From Selaginella moellendorffii (lineage: Eukaryota > Plantae > Lycopodiophyta), in NCBI RefSeq assembly GCF_000143415.4, contig NW_003314270.1:532527-596526 (forward strand): a stretch of DNA of 64,000 nt. Reading direction: 5' to 3'. The notes beneath the pieces are model-generated. The model was not told where the DNA came from. It did not search any database and saw only the letters and a program-made list of their open reading frames with translations. Of the stretch, positions 51,201 through 62,980 are shown piece after piece. The position numbers were made by a program, and so were the translations under genes. Position 1 is the stretch's first letter; every line of letters begins with the position of its first letter.

Positions 51201-54016
51201 ATCTGTTGATTGTTGCTCGAGTTAGTTTTGATAGATTTGGATGTTATTTCCTTTGGGTGATACATTTGCGAGCTTTGTGCTTGTCAGTCAATGCTACTTT
51301 GTGTTCTTTGAGTTCTCTCTAGTAAGTTGTTGGCTTACTGTCTACTATCTTCGGTAGTTAAGTTTCATCATTGAGTTTCCTTGATGATATATTAGCTATT
51401 GAATTTTGTTGGCTGGTGATTCTTATGTTTACCAGTTATAATGATCTTGTTGGTTCCTATACTGTAATACTAGTTTATCGGATGATAACTTGTTTAGAAT
51501 ACTTTTGTGTTCTACTCTAAGATATAATCACTAGTAATTAAGCTTCTCAGATATCATTGTCTCTGACTTTGATATTGTCCATCTATTGATCTTTGAGTTT
51601 GGGCCAGTAATAGGCAGACTGGCTTCGGCACTTCGTGTGCATGGTGAAATCTCTAGTCATGGGGTAGCTGCTGTCGACTGGTCACATAACCCGCCTCTCT
51701 GTCGATGTTCCTTGTTACGTTGAAAGGGCGTGACCGTGTAAACAACTCTAACTGCCTGTTGACAGTAGTCTATCTAAACCTTACCGACGGGTTTGGTTTC
51801 TTTGCTCAGGAGGGTTGGGGCCTCTGGCTTCTCTCTCTATGTTCCTGCGGGCAGGGCATATCACACTTTTGTAGCTGGGTGACGCCCAGAGCAGCAAGGG
51901 TGGCTGACTCCGTTGGTCATTTCCTTGTCGGCGACGGCCGGGAGGTGTCTGAGCTGGTAGCGCATCCGCGTTAGACAAAGAGGTTGCCCCCTTAACTCAT
52001 TTAAGTTGGTGCATTTCTCACATAGTGTGAGTACCGTGAACTTTTTCTGGAGTTGTTTCCTTGGCGGTATTCTAGACTCGAGTGTGCATCGACGAGGACG
52101 TCGATCTTCCCAAGGGGGGGAGAGTGTCGCGAATGTGACTTCGGGTATCGAAAGTTACTTGTCGGCTAGTCCTTACGGACACTCTTACCTTACTGCCACG
52201 ATGGCAGGAGGTCGGTATTGTTGGACCCGTTATCAGTTTCCCACTTGAGCTAGTTGAGAAACTGGTCAATGACCATGCACTTAGATTGGATAAACATAAG
52301 GTAGGAACCCTATGTGTTTCTTGCTGAGCATACTCGGCCTGGTTTGAGAAACTTGAGTCATTGGCTTGCACTTGCTAGTATCAAGAACCCCCGCGATATT
52401 GAGATTGGTCCCTCAACATCGCTACATGATAGCTTACCGTGTCTGCCAAACACCCTCGCTATCATGCCCTTTGTGTTAGTCTCATTTTGGTCCCAAATGC
52501 TATTTATGGAAAGTGTCCAGATTTGCTCATTTGGCATATCTACGGAATGTAGAGATTGGCCTGAACACAATGGTGTTTGTCCCGTGTCCAAATTCGCAAT
52601 CTAAGGACATTCCATATTTAGTAAGTTTCGAGCTTGTCCCAGAGACTAACTCTTGATACTAAGGGAGGCTTGGGGTGAAAGCCCAAAGCGTGTGTTCCTC
52701 AAGGGGGGGGGGCTATGGGGGGTTCCAAATGTATAGTAGGGATAGTGGGTAGGTCGGGCATGGCCGACCAACCTGAGGCATAGTCTAGCTCCCGCTTGCG
52801 TGCCTGTCCTTGTTCTGCGTCCGGCTTGGGTCTAAGCCCAAGTTCCATTCCATGCTAGTTGGTGGAGTACCCATATCCTCGCGTTAGGCCACCGGTATGC
52901 CGAAATAGCGCCAGACTCCGTTTGGCTCCGTTTTGCGTGCTGGTCCTGGCATTGGGATGCTGGTTGCTCTAGGACTGTTCCAAGTCGCTCCGGGCCCCTG
53001 TCCCTTCACTCCTTGGGCTATATGCTCGGGAGTTGCTCCGTGGTCCGGTTCCATCACTCCTTGGCGTCACGCTTGGGAGTTTGGCACCGTTCCTTCGTTC
53101 AGTGGCCCAAGGCCCTGAACCTCGGGTTACTATGGACACGTGGCACGGACACGTGGTATGTGACACGTGGCATTTGTCACGTGGCACAAAGAGGGTTTAG
53201 GTTCCGCTTCGTGGTGTTATCCTATGGTAAATCACCATAGGATAAAGGGTCAAAACCACGTGCGCTACACAATCCTTCAAAATCAGTAGTGCGCCCAAGT
53301 GATATCGGTCCTAGTTCCTCAATAGCAGTTGATGGTAAATACAATATAGTCGATTCAATGTGCTAATGAGTTTGTTTTTAGTAGCCAGTAAGGAGGATAC
53401 CATCTCAATCGAAGGGAGATATTTGGACATGCATATGGATCCGCCAGTGGACTCTACTTGCCTACAAGAGTTATCAGAGCTGGTGGAGGCTACTATCCAT
53501 ATCAACGCCAAGCAAGTTGACCACGCTCCACTTGATGCTGCCCATACCACTGAGTCAATCTTGTCCACGTATCCAACTGACGGTGACCAGGCGCCATTGG
53601 ACCCGCATGAGGCCGCCCCAGCCGCTGAGCCGGTCGTATCCTCATTTCCAACGGACTCAACGTGTGCCCAATCGTCTGACTACGGGCCGTTGGAACCTCC
53701 CTACACCGCCCCTGCTGCCTGTTTGGTCATGTCCACTTTGCCAACGGAGGCACCAGCTGAAATAGCGTGTGATCACACGCCATCGGAACCACCCCATACC
53801 ACTATTGAGCCAGTTTTACCAGAGTCTACAGCTGAAATGGCATGTGCCCACACACCATCGGATGCGATTGACCCCACATTGCAGAGGAGAGTATTTCCGC
53901 CCTTCACGTTTCCTCGACCAAAACCCTCTCAACGACCATCAGGAGCACCATTCGCTAATATTGTAGATGGTAAAATTGACTTGTACCATTTTTTATGCTG
54001 ACGCATTTCATTTCAG

Positions 54017-54878
54017 AGTCACGGCGAAGGTACTGTATCGTTTTTTATCTGAACGGTGTCCTTTTCTCCCATGAGCGTGGCTCGTCCTCGAATGTCACTG
54101 CACCCTCCAAAGCCTGCGGTCGCAAGTTGGTCAAAAGAGACAGATTCACATTAATCACACGGGAGAAACTGCAGGATCTAATAATGACCATGCGACACTT
54201 AAAACATAGGGCCGGGTTCAATTTGCAATTGGGAGTTTGGACATCCATGATGTGCCACAATGCATTAACGTTGCTACAGATGATGCACGATCAAACGCGA
54301 GTAATATTACCATTTGACTTTCTCCTAACGCAAGAGGATTGCTTGACTATGGTCCATGTGGGGGTAGCAAGCCCATCTTCGTCAAGCCAGAGGCTGTAGT
54401 GATGAACCGGACTGATAGGTCAAGTGAAATCCTCATCATCGATGACTCGCCGATTAAAACTGCAGTGAACACGCACACATATGCAGTGCACCCCATCTCT
54501 TGCAGTATGGAAACTAGGGAGAAGAAACCGTATGTTCTGGGGGACCTTGCAAAACGGCTTGGAGCAATGGTGATAAAGAACCGGCTAGTCCAGGAGGTGG
54601 CTGCAAAAATCAACCAAATGGCAGATGGAATGGTATATCAGAAGCCATTTGATCGGACAGACACCAGTCATCATTTATGGCATGTATATTGTCTAGCCAA
54701 GCACTATCCGCATCTCCATAATCTGCTCAACCGGATGGGTTCTTCGACCACTGAACATGAGCGTGGACGTATTAGAAAAGAGATGGCATTACTATTGGGT
54801 TTAAATCCTGATAGTGTGGAGAGTGATGAAATTCCAAGATTATTGTATAGGCGTTGGAGGCAAAAAATAACAGTCTGA
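54017..54878 (+). pseudogene. Last exon of the host gene: FCP1/NIF-like HAD phosphatase domain with one frameshift
   Basis: IVFYLNGVL (cf. hhhDLNGxL), GVWTS, LTQEDC, KPIFVKP, LIIDDSPIKTAVN, VHP. The frameshift falls in the G-run near 54360. Confidence 0.8.
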
Positions 54879-55025
54879 GATGGCATGTATTTATTTAAAA
54901 ATGTAACTTATTATGGCATGGGGTTCCATGCCATTGTATTAATATTAAAAGACAATTCTTTGAGAGGATTTGCATTATACTAGAAGTGTTACAGCATGTT
55001 ATTGGAAGTCTACGAAGTTGTTTTA

Positions 55026-56600
55026 TTAATAAGGGGAAAGTAAAGATTGAATGGGGACTTGGGCTCCACCTAGACTCGGAACAACTGAGCCAATATTAAA
55101 AGGATGGAAAGAAATTGGACGACGATGACAAGGAGAAGAGAGAGGTGAAGCAGTGGCAGGGGGAGGAGAAGTGATTGAGTAGACATTTCCTTGTTTAAAA
55201 TAAAATGGCATGTGCCTCAATGCAGTTGAATTTTGTTATATTTATATACTATATAAAGGTTTGGAAACCTTATTTTACAAGTGGGATAATGACAATTCCC
55301 ACTTTAACAAAATAGAGCTTCATTGTAGACATCTTGAAGACGAAAGGGCATATTCACAACTTGGTCTAGAAACAACTTTCATGGATAAACTTGTATGGAT
55401 AGGTCCATTTTAGTTTAAGGATAGAGTCAATTTTTTATTGCAACTTCCCCTCTCAAGATTCATACATTCAAGATTTTATTTTAAACAATATAATGTAAAA
55501 AAAAGATATTATTATAAGGTATGAAATACAACGGATGTACCTCCTTAGGCTAGTAGGAAGTTGTACTCCTTTTAATAAGTCTTGCAAGATAGCTTCATTT
55601 AGTTGAGCCTTTTGGCAATCCAAATTGAGTAAGGTGTTTGTGATAAAATCCTTGAGGATAGTTTTTTGAATATACTTCAAAGTTGCAAATGAATTTCTCA
55701 ATATCTCTTCCTACATACCATCTTTGAAAGGGTTGAAAGAACTCCTTTATATCCCTTTCTACATTGGATATATGTATGTGCTAACATGCATTGCAGCTCT
55801 TCCAGCAATGGTGTCATAGGCAGAAGGATTGATTACCTTTGCAAAAAATAGAATTTCTATAATGATTTCAATTGCATGCTTTATCCACACAATCTAAATA
55901 CCCGCCACAATGAACTATACACACCATGCCTTCAAAATGTTGAAAGTGTGTAGTCTTGATCTTGCACCAATTTTGGACATCTTGCTTGGTTTCCATCCCC
56001 TTCCATTTGGAACCTGTGCTGTTGACAAAAGGTGGTAGTTCAAAAAAAATATTGCCATTGTAGGAGGATAAAAACTTGCTCATAGGCTTATAAAAAACAA
56101 GTGCACATTGATTATGAGGTGTGAAAACTAAAAAGCATTGCTAATGGCTTTGAATATTGTTAAAGATGGAGCTAGTGAATTCGGTGTCAACACTAGCATG
56201 ACTTCTTCATTTGAACTAAAAGAGGATGAAAGGATAACGACTAACTTTTGCTTCACATTCACTTTGGCTAGAGTGCATATTTGCACTTTGACTGGAGATC
56301 CAAAAGCTCAAATCTCCTTCAATTTGGAATTTTATAAATTCAATTGCTATTCACCTTTGCCCACACCAGAAAGAAGAAACTCCTAGTATGCAACTATACT
56401 AGTGTCATTGCAAATTACAATCTCTAAAGAAAGAGAGCCAAGACAAAGGTCAAAATGCCGACATAAAAAACTTTTGGAAACAGTACTCTGAGAGAATGAA
56501 AGAGATAGATAATCTTGAAAATGTAAAAGAAACTTCTCCATCTTTCTCAATAGGTTTTAGAGTTCTCTCTCTCTTTATGCTACTTGTAAAAATCCATAGT
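55026..56600 (-). pseudogene. Decayed convergent gene with a GCM/WRKY-like Zn-binding domain (transposon-associated type)
   Basis: YNGNIFFELPP..GMETKQDVQNWCKIKT..HCGGYLDCVDKAC, then RAAMHVSTYIYPM (degenerate HxGxHxHP) and EEILRNSFAT. Multiple stops; putative intron ~55191-55249; 5' boundary uncertain. Confidence 0.5.
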
Positions 56601-57373
56601 GAAATATAATTGAAATTTAAAGAGAGCAATAAAAAAGATGTCAATAACATACAAAATGAATTTAAATTCTATAGCAAATTTAACATGTGCAAGTGTGACA
56701 CTATTAATATTATTGTCATCTATTATGATGTTTAATGCATGTATACATATAGATCCAAGGAAGGATTTTCAGCACATGAAGTTTGATAGTTAATAATGAT
56801 ATCAGTAATGACATTTTTCTATAGCATGTCAATCCAAGAAATCCAATCTGACTATTAGCATATATGATGTGTCAAGTTATCAAATCTTAAGTGCTAGATG
56901 ATGATAAATCTTGTCAAATATTATTCTTTAATGACAAATTTGATTCTTAATACAACTCAAGTTTTAATCCATAATTGTGAACACTGCTCTATGATATTTA
57001 AAGCACGTGCCTATTTTTTAGGATATAATACAACACAAAATAAATTTCTGGATGATAATTCATCCATTCATAGATTAATATAGTACAACATATTTACCGT
57101 GCCATATTTATACCCTTTAAAGTTCTTGTAATAAGTCTAAAATATGTACAAAATATGATGAGAATGCATCCTTTCTAGATAATTTGGAAAAAATAATATC
57201 ATATCTCTAATAGCAGAAACATTGATAGGTGCTAGTTACATTGTCATTAAAATATACAAAATAAAGAACCATAATTCATATATAATGATAATGATAAGAT
57301 AAAATAAGATTGAAGATATCATGATGGTTGAGATTTAGGTTATTCGGAATGAAAGGCTAGGATGAGAGATTGG

Positions 57374-57426
57374 TTAGGGTTAGGGCAGCTGTCAGGATTA
57401 GGGTTAGGGTAGCTGCCAAGATTAGG
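57374..57426. repeat. 24-bp tandem duplication, each unit containing (TTAGGG)2
   Basis: TTAGGGTTAGGGCAGCTGTCAGGA / TTAGGGTTAGGGTAGCTGCCAAGA / TTAGG. Confidence 0.8.
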
Positions 57427-57603
57427 TTACTATTTGCATTGTGAATGGAGTGCATGAGAGATTGAGAGATTGAGCACGAAGCGTGCGAGTGCGAGAGATC
57501 GAGCACGCAAGAGTGCGGGAGATTGAGTGCATGAGTGTGAGAGATCGAGTGTAGGAGAGTGTAGGAGATCAAGTGCATAAAAGTGAACATGAGTCTCAAG
57601 TCT

Positions 57604-60600
57604 TGTTGTACCAAGGGATGTTAGGAACCTGGAGGTTTGGTATGCGGGGAGTGTAGCCAAATTTTAAGTCCAATTTAACCCGGGGAGGGGGATTGAGAGA
57701 AAATTTAGGGATTCGTGGATGGATGGCTAATGCTCCATTGCTCGTGTAGTGAGTTACTGAAATCAAGTAGGACCAAGTAGGATCTAGTATAATAGGTGGG
57801 AACCTTGATGAGAGAACTTAACTAACACCAAGGCTATGGTGGACAAATAAACGAGGTAAACTAGCAAATTGGAAAGGAAAAATTTGTGACCTACAATTTA
57901 GTATCGGAGTCTTTTTCTCAATTCTAGCGAAAGATAGAGGTAGATTGCTGGGAGATGGCTAAGCCAAGGCATAAGATAACCAAGGTAGAGATGAAACCTC
58001 CTTCGGAGCTAGAGCCTCTAGTTGAACAAGAAGCTATGGATGAGGAATCCTTACATGAGGAAGACTTTAGTGAGGAAACTTTCAAACAAGAGTCCAATGG
58101 TGAGGTTCGGTCGTCTAAGGCTTGATTGGACATTCTAGAAGGACAATTAGCATAGACCAATGTCTTGCTAAAGACCCTCGTATTCAAGCTAAAGCATGAC
58201 GAGAAGCGGAAGAAAAAGTAAAAGACTATAGATGCTAGTAGCGCAAAAGGTGTGGACCCTTTGGCAGGGACTAAGGCAGAACTAAATAAGGTCTTACAAA
58301 TTGAAGTGGAATTAGTCCCTCAAGTAGTTCTCAAGTACAAACTAAAGACCCCACCAGTTTTCAAGGGAGTGAATGATTATAAGATGGTAGAGAATTGGTT
58401 TTATGATATGGAGGATTACTTCCAAGTGTTGTAATTACCAAGATTTGAAAAAGTCCTATATGCTAAACTATACTTGGTAGATAATTCTAAGTCTTGGTGG
58501 AGAACAACAAAGGCCAATGAAGGACTGGTGGCCACTTAGGAAATGATAAAGGTGAGGATTTATGCAACTTACGTTCCTTTGAATGCTATTCTACACTTAA
58601 GGGATGAGTTGAGTAGGCTGAAATTGACGAGAACCATTCAAGAGTATATGAATACATTTATAACAAAAAGGATCCTTGTTACAGACATAGGTGATATGGA
58701 TGCATTCTATACCTTCATATCATACTTGCAAACTTTGGTTTGAGGCGAGATGATGCATTGGAACCTGACCAACTACAAGGAAGAATTGGATGCAGTTATC
58801 AAGGTGCATTTCAATGATAACTTATGAAAGGGGAACACAATGGGGTTAGGTTCCACATTTAGCAAAGGAACCAAATGAAAGTGGATATATGGCAAAGGGA
58901 AATTTAGGAAAAGTTTTTTTAAGAATGAGTCCTTAGGGTTTCAGAGAGGTAGATTTGGTGGCTAGCAAGCAAGTACGTGGGGGAGTCAAGAATTTGTTAG
59001 TAGCATGGGAAACAACATATACTTCAATTGTAGTGAAGCGGAACACTTTTTGAGAGAATGTCTTTACCCGAAAAAAGCCAAAGCCAATATGGCTATTAAG
59101 TTAAGTGAAATCCAAATTGAGGTATGTGATCTAGTCCCTAGCTCAAAGTTACTCATTACATAAAAAACTTTGGTAGAGACTTGTTCACAATATCTACTAA
59201 CCCTCCGAGGGAAGCTTGGAGGTAATTTTATTAAGATCCTTATTGATATGGATCCTTTGGATAATTTTGTAGTTGCAGATATAGTCTAGCAAGCCAGACT
59301 AATGGTGCAACGGTTGGGTGAACAAAAGACTATAGAGTTTGTTCAAGGTAGCCAAAGCACTGATATGGTACTTTGACAGGTAAGAGTTAAAGTAGGGATA
59401 TGGAAAGTAAATATGAATTTCACCGTGTTGGATATGGTGGGATTTAACGTGATTTTCAGGATGGATTGGTTCAATCAATTTGTGATAACTCTGCATGGAC
59501 AAAGTAAGAACCTTGTGGCACTAGCAAATGCCCAAGGAGAATGATCTAGGGTGGAGGCCCAAGATCTAAAGGTAGAGCAATATAAGGCCAAAGACTCTTG
59601 TGTGAACCTTGTGTCCACAAGAGGACAACTCACTAAAGGAACTAATGCAACATTTTTGTGTTTACTCTTGGTGAGAAATAATAAAAAGACAGGAATAGAA
59701 GAAATACCTTTAATGATTCAGTAGGTGTTGGACCAATTTCAAGATACCACGCCAGAGGAGTTACCGGCAGGGTTACCCTCAGCACGACTAATAGAACATA
59801 AAATTAAGTTAGTCAAGGGTGCTAAGGCGGTGGTTCATCCCCCCTATCATTTGAACGAAAAGGAACTTGAGGAGCTCAAATGCCAATTAGAAGAGTTGAT
59901 GGGTAAAGGGTATGTTAGGTTGAGTAAGTCGCCATATGAGGCGCCGGTGTTATTTATGAAAAAGAAAGATGGATCTATGCCAATGTTCATAGACTACCAG
60001 TTACTTAACAAATATATAAAGAAGAATAGGTACCTTTTACCAAGGATTGGGTTGGGAAAGACAAATTACTTCTTGAGGATTAACCTAAGGTGAAGATACT
60101 ACCAGATTAGGGTAGTAGAGGAAGATGTCAAGAAGACAACCTATTGGACAAGATATGGAAGTTCTGAGTTTCTAGTGATGCCCTTTAGGCTGTGCAATGC
60201 ACCAACGATGTTTTCAGCACTAATGAACCACAGTTTTGTACCCTATCTGGATTATTTCATGGTCATCTACATAGACGACATCTTGATCTATAGTGAAACA
60301 CTAGAGGAGCATGTCGAACACTTGACAAAGGTGTTTGAGAAATTAAGGGAACACAAGTTATATGCTAAAGAGAGCAAATGTGACTTTGCTCAATAAGAGG
60401 TAAAATTTCTCGGACATATGGTGGGCAAGGACTAGCTCGGTAGATCCTGAGAAGGTCCAAGTGATCTAGGAATGGGAATGACCATCGAATATAAACAAGT
60501 TAAGGGCATTCTTAGGGCTATGCAACTACTATAGAAAGTTTATCAAACACTATTTGAGAGTAATTTTGCCTTTAATAGGCCAAACGAGAAAAGGGAACAT

Positions 60601-62980
60601 GGTATGAACAGTAGAATGTGAGGTGGTGTTTGTCCACCTCAAAGGGAAGTTGAGGAAGGCTCTCGTGTTAGCATTACCAGACTTTGGTAAGGACTTTGAG
60701 GTAGAAATGGATGCTTTAGACTTTGTATTGGGCATAGTTTTAAAGGAAGACAACCATCCAATAGTGTTCTTCTTGAAGAAATTGGACAAAGTTTAACAAA
60801 AGTGGCCCTCCTACAAGAAGGAATTGTTTGCATTGGTCAAAGCGCTCAAGGAGTGGCGATACTACCTTGGGAGGTACTTTAAAATTTACAAGAATAATAT
60901 GGCAATGAAACATTTTTTATCACAGCCTGACTTAAGAAGTATACAGAGTCGATAGGCCAATGCTTTGGCTAAGTTTGATTGCTAGATTCTGTATAAACCT
61001 GAGAAGAGCAATATCATGGTAGATGTTCTAAGTTGAAAAGTAAACTTAAAGTTGATGATATCCAGCGCAATAGCAACTTTTTAGAATGATGTGCGGATAG
61101 CATATGAGAATGATAGTCTAGCACAAAAAATGTTGCTAAGGAACTAAGAAGCACGGGATGCTCACCAAAGAGGCGAGTCGCCCACGGCAGAAAAGATAGG
61201 TTATGTGGAACACAATAGACTCATCTATTATAAACAGACAAGGGTTTATATTTCACAAGAGGAGCTAAGGAAGGTAGCATTAGAAAAGTGTCATGATAGA
61301 CCTTTTGCGGGACACGACAAAGTGCCCAAGAGGATGGGCTTACTCAAGAAAAAGTATTACTAGCTAGACATAGCTAAGGACGTCCAAGACTATGTAAAGA
61401 TATATTCAACATGTTAGCAAGTCAAAGGCGTGACTAAGGCTAGTGGGGGCTTGTTACAAAGCCTCTCAATTCCAGACTGTCCGTGGAAATGCCTTACAAT
61501 AGACTTCATCATGGGACTCCCCCCAAGTGAGGGGTTTGATACGATATTCATGGTGGTAGATTGGTTTTTAAAGATGGCACATTTTATACCCACCATAATT
61601 AAAGTGGATGCAGAAGGTGTGGTGAAGCTATTCTTTAAATAAGTAGTTCGAGTGCAAGGAAGGCCAAAAGAGATTATCTCAAATCGAGATAAGATTTTCA
61701 CCAGTAAGTTCTAGAGAACTCTTTTAGAATAGTATTGCACCAAGTTAAAATTTAGCACAGTTTATCACCCATAGACAGATATTGGGTATTAAGTCAAGTT
61801 TAATAGCAATAACACTTCTTGACAAATGGACAAATAAAAAGGGTGAATAGGTAGGTAGAGGATTATTTGTGATGCTATGTCTCTAAAGACCAAACTGATT
61901 GGGTAAATCATTTAGGACTTGCGGAAATGTAATAACAACTCACCACATTCAAGTACCAGGGTGAGTCCATGGGAAGTCATCAATAGGAAAGCTATTGAAA
62001 GTCCTGTAGAATTCGGCATGGTCGAGTATCATGAAGAGTTACCCGCTATAGAGGCATTCATGGCAGAAAGACTCAACATTTGGAATCTAGTGAGGGATTC
62101 CTTGGAACAGACTTAACAAAGGCAAACTAAATATACAAACCAAAAGTGCCAAGATGTAAAGTTCCAACCTGGGGATAAAGTGTGGTTGAACACCAAGAAT
62201 TTAAGGTTATCAAGTGGGAGCAGCCAAAAGTTGACTTAAAGGTAAAATGCATGTATTCCTAGAATTGAATTGATCTTGAGTTCTTTAAACAAGTTCGTGG
62301 GGCCTTATGAGATTAAGGCTTGAATTGGTAAAGTGGCTTATTAATTCCGACTTCCTCAGGAGATGGGGAAGATGCACCTGTGTTCCATGTGAACTTACTC
62401 AAGTCATACTTTGAGGATCCACTTTACAAGGACTAAGTAAGACCTTTACCTGAGGTTATCCAAGAGGAAGAAGAATACAAAGTCAAGGCTATCCTCAATG
62501 CTTGCAAAAGTAAGCGATAAAGATATAAGGTGAGGGAGTTCCATATAAAGTGGAAAGGATTTCTACATTGTGAAGTAATATGGGAACTGAAGGAGAATTT
62601 ACTAAACACGTGAGATCTAGTGGAAGAATTTTTGTAAAGTAGAACTTTGTGTACTTATGCAAAATTCAATTAAAGAATTTATTTGAGAAATTGAGAAATA
62701 TCATATGTTGGGACCCAAAGGCATGCTGAAGGTAAGCTAATTAACATGAATTTAACTAGGTCGACCAGGCGTAGGTGCTACACCCAACTCCCTAAGGTGG
62801 ATGTCAGACTCATAGATGTATTTTACGGAGGTTGGGTTTGAGTCCCAACTCTCTAGTAAAGCAAGGGTGGGTTTGAGTCCCAACCCCATACTAGGGCGTG
62901 GTGAGGTAGGGGGTATAGGGACATCTATACCCGGGTAACACTAATAAGTGCAAGTCAATGAATGAATTTCTTTAATCAAG
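57604..62980 (+). mobile_element. Old decayed Ty3/gypsy chromovirus (element D): LTR ending at 57895, mutated PBS, gag-pol-chromodomain remnants; 3' end interrupted
   Basis: CTACA-AT-TTAGTATCGGAG; TPPVFKG..WFYDME; knuckle FNCSEAEHFLREC; RT YIDD; integrase PWKCLTIDFI; chromodomain EEYKVKAIL..IKWKGF. Many stops; LTR start uncertain. Confidence 0.88.

Larger units (their letters stand above)
38504..53269 (+). mobile_element. Family A copy A4 carrying nested B2; LTRs 38504-39648 and 52125-53269
   Basis: TSD CAATC at 38499-38503 and 53270-53274; PBS TGGTATCAGAG at 39651; PPT before 52125; both LTRs are 1145 bp. Confidence 0.95.
14193..54878 (+). pseudogene. 11-exon gene split by four LTR insertions; ParB/Srx-like + degenerate beta-class DNA amino-MTase-like + acidic/Pro-rich linker + FCP1-like HAD domain, ~1,640 codons
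   Basis: Exons: 14193-14195, 14435-15613, 15668-16991, 17042-17128, 17185-17216+24823-24862, 24912-25055, 25103-25257+30759-30863+38058-38334, 38392-38406, 38456-38503+53275-53334, 53382-53969, 54017-54878. All introns are GT-AG, and frame is conserved across every TSD. Lesions: TAG at 24995 and 25022, one frameshift near 54360. Confidence 0.8.

Noticed and set aside
13457-57603. Terminal inverted repeats or CACTA/Helitron ends of the host unit
   Set aside because: No TIR pair or diagnostic terminus was found; both sides abut LTR elements, so the ends are probably outside the window or lost.
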